Source of the DNA: Antedon mediterranea
Taxonomy: Eukaryota > Animalia > Echinodermata
Assembly (NCBI RefSeq): GCF_964355755.1
Contig: NC_092678.1
Location: forward strand, 25,499,365-25,563,364
Length of the DNA: 64,000 bases
Direction of reading: 5' to 3'
The notes beneath the pieces were generated by a model. It worked only from the letters and a program-made list of their open reading frames with translations, did no database searches and was not told the DNA's origin. Every line of letters begins with the position of its first letter. Position 1 is the stretch's first letter. The position numbers were made by a program, and so were the translations under genes. Shown piece by piece: positions 11,761-23,481 of this stretch.

Positions 11761-13342
11761 CTAGAATTTAATTCGTCACTTTGACGAATTATAGGTGATC
11801 ATTTTTATCATTTTACTGAAATTAATTTTTTTTAAAACATGCACGTACGTTAACATACGATCGGAAAATGTTGATGTATGCCATCCTATACGCTTATAGT
11901 GCTGAATTGTGCCTATATGCCATATACAATATGTACTGTATATCTATATACAGTGTAGCATACATACTAAATACAGTGCAGAATAGGTGAAAATAACGGG
12001 ACCCCCCTTTATTCCAAATTTTAAAATCATGACGTCATCAAAATGAAATACGTAGATAGCAATTTTGGAAGGAAATTATTTGAGCAACAACTTATTAATA
12101 TGTTGAAGAAATTGGGATACGCATAATATGGATGCGCGCTCTTTTAAATGTCATGAACTATGACGCAAAATATGAAAATACGACTTTTATAATTCAACTG
12201 GCCATATGATGACGTCACAACATCCGATGCGCAAAATGTTTACATGAATTCGTATCTAAAATTCAACAGCTTCCAGAAAACGTTTTAATCATGAGTATCT
12301 CTTTTTATTCTGAGGAGCTATAACATATTGAAATTTACTGTAATGATGAAAATAAATGACCCAAGGAATTCACGCTTTTGAACATGATGACGTCATAAAA
12401 ATTTTCCAAATGGTAAATCATTCGAAAGATAATTGATTGACCTAGACAATATCAAAATCAGGTGCAAAATGGAAAACGCATAAGTAGATATGCGCTCTAT
12501 TAAATGCGATAAGCTATGACGAAAGAGACAAAAATCCAATATTTTATATTCGAGTGGCCATACAATGACGTCACAATGTCCGGTTAGCCATATTGATGCA
12601 TGATCCGATATCTACAACTCATCAAACTCCCCAGAATATGTAATAAAAATAACTTTCACCGTTTAGTTTAGAAAATATGACTGTTTAAAAAAAGGCATAA
12701 TTTTGACGAATTTTTTAACTTTTTCATCAAAAACACGCGCAAATTCTCAAATTCGACGTGCTCGCATGACGTGATTTAAAGTCGAAATTGTTTAAAAGTT
12801 GGTAAAATTACGAGAAAAGGGCTGAAAAAACATAAATCAAGTGAAAAAATATGTTTTTAACGCTACATGCGTGCCGCGCGCGAAAAAATGTGCGCGCGCG
12901 TGGGAATTTTTGACATGCTTAAAATGACATGAAATGCGTAGAAAATTGATTAGAAATTGATTTTTCACATTTTAAACTTTTAACGCGCGATTTTACGTGC
13001 ATGAACCTATGTACGCATGCGTTTTTATTTGCTAATATTTTTACCCTTGACCTGAAGTTTACGTGTAGGGAATTTCATTAATATGTGATAATGAATTATG
13101 GAGATATGATTGATAATGCGATTTCACAAAATAGCGTATAAATGACGTCACGGATGAGTGATCGCGCTGAAAAGCTTTTTAGGACTAAGTTAAAGTATTA
13201 GAAAGACATTGTGAAATTCTTGTGATCATTGCCATTCAACTTTTTGAGATAATTGACACACAAAATCTGTACAGAAAGTAACAAATATTAAGATTTCATA
13301 CAATAACAATAGGTGATCATTTTATTCTAAATGATCACCTAA
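11761..13342 (-). mobile_element. Non-autonomous Helentron/Helitron2-like element (HINE/DINE-1 architecture)
   Basis: On the minus strand: 5' hairpin AGGTGATCATTT-n6-AAATGATCACCT, a subterminal copy of that repeat near the 3' end, 3' hairpin AATTCGTCA-AAG-TGACGAATT, then CTAG|TT. Degenerate internal subrepeats. Second copy at 19321-20787. Confidence 0.8.
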
Positions 13343-13352
13343 ATATTGCAAA

Positions 13353-13404
13353 GCTAAACCATACGCAAATCTTGAGCTACCTTGTGTGGTTTTGTACTCT
13401 GTAA
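13353..13404 (+). pseudogene. Remnant of the final codons of a copy-2-type C4-like gene
   Basis: TAAACCATACGCAAATCTTGAGCTACCTTGTGTGGTTTTGTACTCTGTAA matches about 21571-21619 (KPYENLELTCVVCTL*) with a 1-bp frameshift. Downstream DNA matches 21620 onward. Confidence 0.8.
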
Positions 13405-13653
13405 ATTCAAGACACCTCTTGGCAGTTAACCTCTATGGATAACGAATATCATACTGCATTTGCTTAAAAAGATGTATAGAATAGAATTTTGATGGTAAAG
13501 GTAAAATATTTATTCTGGTTCTCAAGCTTAACTGCAAACTGAGGAAATTTGGGTTAGGCCCTCCGCGTACCCACGGCAGCCTACTACTTTGTTTGGCTAT
13601 CTCCCATCAGGCTTCCCAGGATCTGTTCCATAGTGCTAAACAAATGTTTAATA

Positions 13654-15961
13654 TGTGTAGTAACAAAGTGCGAGGCAGCGAGGCAGGGAAGGCATGCGAG
13701 GCAAGTCAGAAATTTATGCGAGGCATCGTTTTACCATCATCAAAAAATGCGAGGCATCATTTTATCATTTCTCAAAATTGCAAGGCAGGAAATCACCGAA
13801 ATTGAAGTAGCCTAGGCCTAGGCCCGCTAGGCTAGTTTCCTTTTGCACCTGCCTTGTATTTTAACCAACTTTATCCTGAATACCACAACTTAGAATTAGT
13901 AGGCCTACTTTAATGAAGAAAAATCACATAAAAGTAACAATAAATCCATTAAATTGGTGATTTTACAGACGTTTTTCTCGCATTTCGCACACTCAATGTT
14001 CAATATTTTGGTTTCTATGGAACGCCAAAAGAGCAAAATTAATTAGAGGGCTAAAAACTCTGTGGAATCCATTTATATTTAACGCATTATTTGGTGAAAA
14101 TCAAGTACAATTTCAATAGATTTTGTCACTGTCAGTAAGGAAAAATGTTACTGTTGATAATGTACACGGTTTCGTTAACCTTTTAAAGAATAAAATAGAA
14201 AAATTCATCATAATATCCTTAGTAGGATGTCCTAGGTCTAGACTAGGTAGTGATGTTGATTTAGGATCGATTATTATTATTTGAAAACAGAACAGTATCA
14301 GCAGTAACATATTACAACATTTTTATTGACAAATTAACAAATATATTGAAATAAAACGTGTTTTTCACCAATAAATGCATGAGAAATTGACGCATTCCAC
14401 TGAGTTTTAGTCCTCTATTATCGTTGCTCTTTTGGCGCTGCATAGAAACAAAAATATTGAACATTGAATAAGTGAAATTCGCGAACAGTGTGCGAGAAAC
14501 ACGCCTGTAAAATCATTAATTTAAGGATTTATTTGTTACTTTTTATGTGATTCTTTCATTAAAGTACTCATGAGGTATACTTCTAAGGTGTGGTATTCAC
14601 ACGATAAAGTTAGTTATCAAATTTGGAGTAAAAATACAAGCGAAGGAAACTAGCGCCAGGTTTATTAGTACGTACATGGACAACAATAAATAAAAATTGT
14701 TCGTAATATACATAGCTTACTAAAACAGGAATAGTGTATCATTATTAAATATTACACCAATTATTATTTTATCAAGATTGATTTTCTACATAGGCCTCTT
14801 ATCTAGGTTAGGGCTAAGCATATTAGCTAAAGTTTAATTTTAGGCCTAGTATTACAATTGTAGGACGCAAGTCTTTTTTCACACGCGTTCCAGAATTCTG
14901 TCGCAATTTTTTTCTTTGCGGCATGTTATTGGATCGGCATATCAGTTACCTTTTATTCACCGCCAGTTATTGAACTTGTCCTGGCAATCGCTGTTCACCT
15001 TATTTGCGAGAGAGGTACACGTGTTGTTCCTAGAGAATGGAATGTCAAAAATGTCTTTGGCACGCCGCTCAGAGAGAAGTCTGTGCGTTGCTGCTGAAAC
15101 CACGTGCTATAGGAGGGGAATGCACCACAATCCTCTGAGCTGAGGGCTGAATCATTCCGCTACCTGCTAAATAGTAAATCTAGGCGCAGGGGTGTGACAA
15201 AATATTATTTTCACTCTCTGCTATGTTCGAGAGACATGTGAGTGAACACGCTCGAAATGCCAACAAACATTGCAGTCATTTGATGAGTGTGTCGCTATAA
15301 CAATTATTGTTTATCGAAAGTTGAAGACTGTCGTTCAGATTTTTGAACCGTAGTTTGGGCACTTTTGTAAAAGTAAAATTTGACACGATATGACTTGAAT
15401 GAAAAAACAATCGTTACATAAAAATAAACAACATGATGAGTGTATACACGTACGAATCTATTTAGATACGCTTGTATCGATTGATTATTAGGCCTATAAT
15501 ATAGCATAATGGCACGTTAAGATATGCTTCGCACCTTTTTGAAATTGTAAACTATATGCCCCGCATGCCTCGCACTTTTGGAAATGATAAAATGATGCCT
15601 CGCACAAATATTTGGCATGCCTCGCACTTTGTCAACACTCGTTCAGATTTTTGAACCGTAGTTTGGGCACTTTTGTAAAAGTAAAATTTGACACGATATG
15701 ACTTGAATGAAAAAACAATCGTTACATAAAAATAAACAACATGATGAGTGTATACACGAATCTATTTAGATACGCTTGTATCGATTGATTATTAGGCCTA
15801 TAATATAGCATAATAGCACGTTAAGATATGCCTCGCACCTTTTTGAAATTGTAAACTATATGCCTCGCATGCCTCGCACTTTTGGAAATGATAAAATGAT
15901 GCCTCGCACAAATATTTGGCATGCCTCGCTTGCCTCGCTGCCTCGCACTTTGTCAACACTC
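13654..15961. mobile_element. Non-autonomous hAT-like element (2.3 kb) with 8-bp TSD, a nested foldback (about 13830-14654) and an internal about 309-bp tandem duplication (15332-15961)
   Basis: GTTTAATA at 13646-13653 and 15962-15969; empty site in the paralogous segment near 21850. Subterminal GCGAGGCA / TGCCTCGC arrays in inverted orientation. Confidence 0.8.
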
Positions 15962-16794
15962 GTTTAATACAGTATAAAAGATTATAGGCCCTACAGGCAT
16001 AGTCTAGCCTAGATAATAATGCTATTTCCAGGTGCACTAGTATGAATTATTTCAAATGGTTTTTATATCTTTTATGTTTTCTATATCTACGCGACCACAT
16101 GCTTTTCTTGCTTTGACATAATATTTTGTATACTGTAGCATTAACAAAGTTATTAAAATTTCTCACGCAAAACCACTATTTTCGTAAATCGTTTTTATTG
16201 TTTTGCAATTGAGTGTTTGTACATTTATATCCATCAGTCAACTTTCGTAAAAATGTTGCAAGACAAAAATATAGTTTTGATATTTTAGCATTGTCATTAT
16301 GAACATAACCGTGTTTAAACCATCTGTATTAAGGGTCTTTTACAACTGTTCCAGCACAGAGCCACATGAAAACAAAACATTGATGTTTGGTTTGATTTGT
16401 CAACCGGTTTTCAGCTGTTAAAAACAATTATCGTAGAAGGAGATAGGAAAATGCGAAGCATCCTCGTATTATTGTGTGCGGGTATTTTTCCATGGACATT
16501 CATTAGACAGTGTATACCACGATTGGAAAACACCCTATTTGGGGCAAATCGTTGAACCTAAATTCGTTTTAATCGTCAATAACTAATCACCTAACTCAAT
16601 TTAATTAGTAAACAGGGTTACATCAGATGGTTAAAATCAGTACCGAAAGTATGAACCAACTTTATATACCATCGAGTAAAAATTCTAAATATAAACCGAG
16701 ATTTATAGAATTTTGCCCTTACGTAAATTTATATATAGAAGTGAGACGTTTCGTCCCACCAAAAGTGGGCCAAATTGTCCCGGATTCATCGGAA

Positions 16795-17003
16795 AGCTCT
16801 GTCTACACTATGAAACTAGTTTGACAAAAAAGTGTGATGTGCCCAAATATGGTAGTGATGTGCCCAATTATGATAGTGATATGCCCAATTATGATAGTGA
16901 TATGCCCAAATATGGCAGGTAGTGATATACTGTAGCGTGTCCATATAAATATCAGCACATCACATTTTTTTGTCGTATAAAGTTTGATAGTGTAGACAAA
17001 GCA
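16795..17003. mobile_element. MITE family A with internal 21-bp tandem units; paralogous copy at 22509-22716
   Basis: TIRs CTCTGTCTACACTA / TAGTGTAGACAAAG; internal GTGATATGCCCAATTATGATA repeats. Confidence 0.8.
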
Positions 17004-17779
17004 TTAAACAAATAAAATTGATAATAAATTATTTCTTAAATTAATAATTATATCAATTGATGAAAAAATAATAATTAAAATTGTTACATCAAAAAGTCGA
17101 GTGGCTTTTTTTGTAAGAAATATTCTTGTTTATCCTCTAATTCATGGTGTTGTTGCAAAGAATATTTTTGCCAAAACACTGAGATGAGTAGTATTAATTA
17201 GTACAGTCTTGTTTATTTTTAAATTCCATATATGTAATTTTACTTTCTATAGACCGTAAATTCCGAAATAAAATATTTGAATGCCTGATTTTTCCAGTCT
17301 TGGCACTGCTCAGGGGTCCATTACACCACTGCTTTGAATCATCCTCCAGTTTTATATATACTGTACCGCAAACTTTATATCAAAACAAATCGTGACCCAT
17401 AGAAGAACCACTTCAAAATTATGTTTCGTAGAGACGAACAAAAACTGATATTACTATATTGAAATTTAAGAATTTGTTTCAATTTGTGTAGTATATAGGT
17501 CAGTATTGATTTACGGATATATGCCAATACTTGTAATTTAATCTTGATTAATATAACACTTGTACATCTTTAAACAAAGCCTTGTGTTGTGGGTTGTGGT
17601 TTTATTTAGTAGGCATACAATTTGCAAAAATAAGGAAATAATGGCTTTAATGTAGAAAACTTCTGTGTACAAAGTTTGTGAAATTTATTTAACTTTATTT
17701 ATTTTTTATGTCTTTAGGCAATGTGGCCAAGGATTACCAATAGTGAATTAATCACTGTCCTATAAGATAGGTGGTAATC

Positions 17780-17882
17780 CCCCTGATACAGGGGCTATTG
17801 TGTGAACCAGTTCAACCCCCTACTCTTTTTCGAAAATGAACTGGGTTCTTTAAAGTACACACAGGTTATAACTGTGTACACT

Positions 17883-17916
<34 letters not shown>

Positions 17917-18032
17917 TTGTTCCACCACCAGAACTAGGAGCGAGTCGGCCTCGAACCCTTGCCGATGTTGTTGTTGGCTCTTTAGGTACGGTAAACGGTG
18001 CCCCTGCCTTAACCGCTCGGCCATATGACTCG
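17780..18032 (-). mobile_element. tRNA-derived SINE, MetaSINE-like
   Basis: Minus strand has A box TGGCCGAGCGG, B box GGTTCGAGGC, then core GATAAGGACTATAAACCGTAGGTCC...CTTTAAAGAACCC. Confidence 0.8.
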
Positions 18033-18352
18033 CTCAGGGTTTAACTTTAGTTTTATATGTTTCCATTTTTTATGTTTTTTTAAATGTTTTTTGAGATGTA
18101 GCTGACTCATTTGAGTTACAGTGATGTATTTTGATTAAGCTGCCCCTACCCAGCATTTTTTGTTTTATTGTATTGATTTTATGCTGGTCAAATAAATAAA
18201 CAAAACGAAAATAAAACTATGTACAATAAATAATTTGATACATTACCTAGAAGGAAGCGGCTAAATATGTGAAGTTAATTCCTCCACATGCGGTTTTTTT
18301 GGTTTGGAAAACTGCTTTTAAAGGCGGATCAAACAACAGAAAGAATCAGAGT

Positions 18353-21300
18353 ATGGCAGAGGTGGATAATGTGTATATGAACAGTCTACCGACTAAGAGT
18401 ACAGAGAAAGGGATGGCCGAGTGGCAAGATAGAAATATTAACGTTTCTTCTGGAAAACAAGTGACGCACAGTAAACATCATGGTTGTCTTTTGCCGGTTC
18501 CACCGAAGCAACATCATGTTTCACTTGGTATTGCCGTTGGATGTGTCATTCTTGTATGTATTGTAGTAGCAGTTTTCAGTATGATGACTATCCAGTCACA
18601 TAAATCCTTCATCAAGCATCTTACAAGAATTGATGTAAGTATAGGTGTGTTCAGCTGAGACAATAATAGATAGAGAACTTTCGATTTAAAAGTTTAATTA
18701 TGTTAATTCATTTTGCGCATACAGACATTGTAACAAAGCTTCCTCATTAGATTCCATAATTTGAATTAAAGCTACTAAGCTAAAAACAGCATAGTGTAAT
18801 GATGATGAAAAATGTATGATGATCGTTAAAAGTTTACTGAATGACCAATGTAAAGTTGAATGCTAATTAAGTTGCATAATTATTATTTTTTTATAAAATG
18901 TTTTTAAAATGAATTTACAGCACACAAATCAACATACCTTGAATTTTTGACACGTTATGTTCATCTTCATATATTTTTATTATTTATTTTTAATATTTAT
19001 ATTATTTATTTTTATATGAACTTTCATTCGAATATTATTTTATTACAATTTTTTTTTTCTTTTAATTTAGGAAAACATTTTAAATTCAAAACTTAAAGGT
19101 AAGCTTTAGAACAGGTTTGTGAGATCATTCAACACCAGGGTTTTTCAAACAAAGTAACTATTGCTGCTTTGTTTAGTCTTGAATTATTCTTATAATATCA
19201 CAACATGAGATTAGTTCGGGTTAGCATGTTTTTCTTTGTGGTACCGCACAGAGGCAAGCAAAGGCTTTATATCATTCAAAGCCCTCAATAAAAATTAAAT
19301 CAGTACAACATTAATTATAACTAGAATTTAATTCGTCACTTTGACGAATTATAGGTGATCATTTTTATCATTTTAATGAAATTAAAACTTTTTAAACATT
19401 CACGTACGTTAACATACGATCGTAAAAAGTTGATGTACGCCATCCTATGACATGATGCATACGCTTATAGTGCTGAGTTGTGCCTATTATATGCCATATA
19501 CAATATGTACAGTATATACTGTATATCTATATACAGTGTAGCATAGGTGAAATTACGGGACCCACATCATGTTCTAATTTTTTGGTATGATGGAATTATC
19601 AAAATAAACTCAAAGATGACAATTTCGAAAGATAATGAATTGAGGAAATAAATATAAGAATTTCAAGAGAATCTGGCACGTAGAAGCGCTATGCGCGCTC
19701 TTTGAAATTTGTATAACTTTGACGAAAAAGATGAAAAAACTACTTTTTAACTTCATCTGGCCATATGTTAACGTCACAACATCCGATAGGCTTGGTTTTT
19801 ATATGAATTCATATCTAAATTTCATCAGCTTTTATAATAAATTATAATCATCAAGGTAACCTTCAATTCTGAAGAGCTGTAAGATATTCAAATTTACGGC
19901 AAAGGTGAAATTACACGACCTATGTTATTCAAGTTTTTACGCGTGATGACGTCATCAAAATGAAAACACCGACAACTTATGATAAAGATAAATAATTAAG
20001 CAAGCACACACTGAAATTTGTGCAAAAATCGAGCTATATGTGTATATATATTTATATCTACAACTCAATGGCTTCCCGAATAAGTTAAAAAACTTAGGGG
20101 TCATCGTGCATTCTGAAGAATTATTTTGATTTTAAAAATGCCTTATTTTTCATCATTTTCAGCACTTTTATGCAATTAATGTGCGCATTTTGTCATTTTT
20201 AACATGCTCGTATAGCGTTATTTTAAATCGGAACGGACTCAAATTTGGTGAATGTACTAAGGATGGTGAGTAGAATGCGATTTCTACAAAAAATTCGTAT
20301 TTTTACGCTTTTTAAGAATTGCGCGCGCAAAAACGCATTTTTGCGCAGTAATTTTTTGAAACACGCAAATAGCCTAATTCATGCTCTAAATTGATCAAAA
20401 CTTAATTTTGAGCTTTTTAAATTTTTAACGCGCGATTTCACGCGTATGACCTTACGTGCGCGTGCCTTTTATTGGTTAATATATTTACCTTTTACCTGAA
20501 GTTTACGTATTGTGAATTTTATTGATATGTGATAAAGAGTTATGGCGATATGATTGATAATGTGATTTAACAAAATGGCGTATAAATGACGTCACGGTTG
20601 AGTGATCACGCTAAAAAGCTTATTAGGATTAAGTTACAGTATTTGAAAGATATCGTGAAAATTTTGTCATCTTCAACATTCAACTTTTTGAGATAATTGT
20701 TACACAAAATCTGTACAGAGAGAAACAAAGAATAAAGATTTCATACAATAACAATAGGTGATCATTTTATTCTAAATGATCACCTAATTAAATTGTGTAT
20801 TTAGTATTCAGTACATGTTATTGTTCCACAGAGTCTACTAAAATTACTCTATTCACTCGTTGGGGGCGTGAAGACTGTCCTAATACTGCGGAATTGATCT
20901 ACAAAGGTAAAGAGTTTTATTGAATTATAGACAGTTGTTTAACCGTCCATGATTTTCCCTATGTTTTATTTCCTTCGCCATTTTATTATTGATCATTTTT
21001 ATTTTGCTCTTTGTTTTTTAGACCTACAGTTGTTTTTGTTTGTTCCATGTTCCCGTTTAATAATAATACATTTTAAAGTAATCCAAATTGAAAACTTTAA
21101 ACTAAGGATTATTGTAATCTTTACATCTTAGGTAGGACACTTGGCGCACCAGATGGTACAAATGGAAGTGGGTCAAACTATCTCTGTGTGACTGACAAAC
21201 GACAATTGAACTTTACTGTACCAGATCATCAAATTATAAGGGGGTCAATTTTCCCTACAGAATATAGGTATGGACAAAAGATCACTCCACTAGCAAAAAA

Positions 21301-21619
21301 TCACTACCATGACGTTCCTTGTGCCGTTTGTCAAGCAGCACGAAGTGTCACACTTATGATGACAGCGGTTACAGAATGTCCAAATGGTTGGACTAAAGAA
21401 TATGATGGATATTTGATGTCTGGTCGAGACGACCTTAAGCGTACAGAGTACATCTGCGTGGATGGTGACCCATCTATTTTGCCTGGTACAAACCTGGCAG
21501 CTCCACTGAAGGATGCCAGTACATTGTTCATCGTTGAAGCAGGATGTACTTCAGGTGGCGGAGTATTTTGTAAACCATATGAGAATCTTGAGCTAACTTG
21601 CGTGGTTTGTACTCTGTAA
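18353..21619 (+). CDS. Type II membrane protein with short-chain collagen C4-like domain, copy 2, about 290 aa
   Basis: Exons 18353-18634, 19071-19098 (28-nt microexon ENILNSKLK), 20832-20906 (FTRWGREDCPNTAELIYK) and 21132-21619. Splice phases 0/1/1 are consistent and the frame is open. Confidence 0.85.
19321..20787 (-). mobile_element. Non-autonomous Helentron/Helitron2-like element, second copy, in intron 2 of C4-like copy 2
   Basis: Same termini and hairpins as 11761-13342. Confidence 0.8.
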
Positions 21620-23481
21620 ATTCAAGACATCTCTTGGCACTTAACCTGGATAACGAATATTATACTACATTTGCTTAAAAAGATGTATAGACTAGAATTT
21701 TTATGGTAAAGGTAAAATATTTATTCTGATTCTCAAGCTTAACTGAGGAAATTTGGGTTAGGCCTTCTGCGTACCCACAGCAGCCTACTGCTTTGTTTGG
21801 CTATCTCCCATCAGGCTTCCCAGGATCTGCGCCGTAGTGCTAAACAAATGTTTGATACGGTATAAAAGATTATAGGCCCCTACAGGCATAGTCTAGCCTA
21901 GTAATAATAATGCTATTTCCAGGTGCACTAGACTGGTATGAATTATTTAAAATGTTTTTTATATCTTGTATGTTATCTATATCTACGCAACCACATGCTT
22001 TTCTTGCTTTGACATAATATTTTGTATACTATAGCATTAACAAAGTTATTAAAATTTCTGATACAAAACCACTATTTTCGTAAATCGTTTTTATTGTTTT
22101 ACAATTGACTATTTGTACATTTATATTCCATCAGTCAACTTTCGTAAAAATGTTGCAAGACAAAAATATAGTTTTGATATTTTAGCATTGTCATTATGAA
22201 CATAACCGTGTTTAACCCATGTGTATTGAGGGTCTTTTACAACAACTGTTTCAGCACGGAGCCATGTGAAAACAAAACATTGATGTTTGGTTTGATTTAC
22301 CAGCGCCGGAGCGGAACTCTGCCGGAACGAGTGTGAACGTTTTTTTAGTAATTTATTTGATATATTATATCAACATTGCCAATATCATCAATAAAATATG
22401 AATAGTTAAACAACTTTAAAAACTTTATAAATACCACAAAAAAATTGGTCTAAAGTGAGACGTTTCGTCTCACCAAAAGTGGGCCGAATCGTCCCGGATT
22501 TATCGTAAAGCTCTGTCTACACTATGAAACTAGTTTGACAAAAAAGTGTGATGTGCCCAAATATGGTAGGGATGTGCCCAATTATGATAGTGATATGCCC
22601 AATTATGATAGTGATATGCCCAAATATGGCAGGTAGTGATATACTGTAGCGTGTCCATATAAATATCAGCACATCACATTTTTTTGTCGTATAAAGTTTG
22701 ATAGTGTAGACAAAGCATTAAACAAATAAAATTGATAATAAATCATTATTTCTTAAATTAATAATTATATCAATTGATGAAAAAATAATAATTAAAATTG
22801 TTACATCAAAAAGTCGAGTGGCTTTTTTTGTAAGAAATATTCTTGTTTATCCTCTATTCATGGTGTTGCAAAGAATATTTTTGCCAAAACACTGAGATGA
22901 GTAGTAGTAATTAGTACAGTCTTTAATTCCATATGTAATTTTACTTTATATGGACCGTAAATTCCGAAATAAAATATTTGAATGCCTGATTTTTCCTCAG
23001 GGCACTGCTCAGGGGCCCTCATAAGCTCATAGCCGTTACACCATTGCTTTGACCGTTCTCAAGTTTTATATACACAGTACTGTATCGCAAACTTTATATC
23101 AAAACAAATCGTTACCCGTAGAAGAACCACCAAAATTTTCGTAGAAAACGAACGAAAGCTGATATTTGTACTATATTGAAATTAAGAATGTGTTTCAATT
23201 TGTGTCGTAGGCCTACACATCTGATCAGGATTGATTTACGGATATAGTATGCCTACTTGCAATTTAATCTAGATATATTATCTCTTTGAAAAGATGTGTT
23301 GTGGTAATATTTAGTAAAAATGAGAAAATATTTTAATGTAGTAAACAAGAATGAGAACAATAAGGTATTATTTGGGAGTGCTAAATAGTTCCTCAATATG
23401 CGGTTTTGCTGTTGGTATAAATACTGATTTTAGTATTAGGACGGACAAAGAAACAGCAAACAACAGAAAGAATCAAGAATC

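Noticed and set aside
13593-16037. Short ORFs with CEA/ARQ repeats as a transposase
   Set aside because: They translate subterminal GCGAGGCA repeats; no DDE motifs are present.
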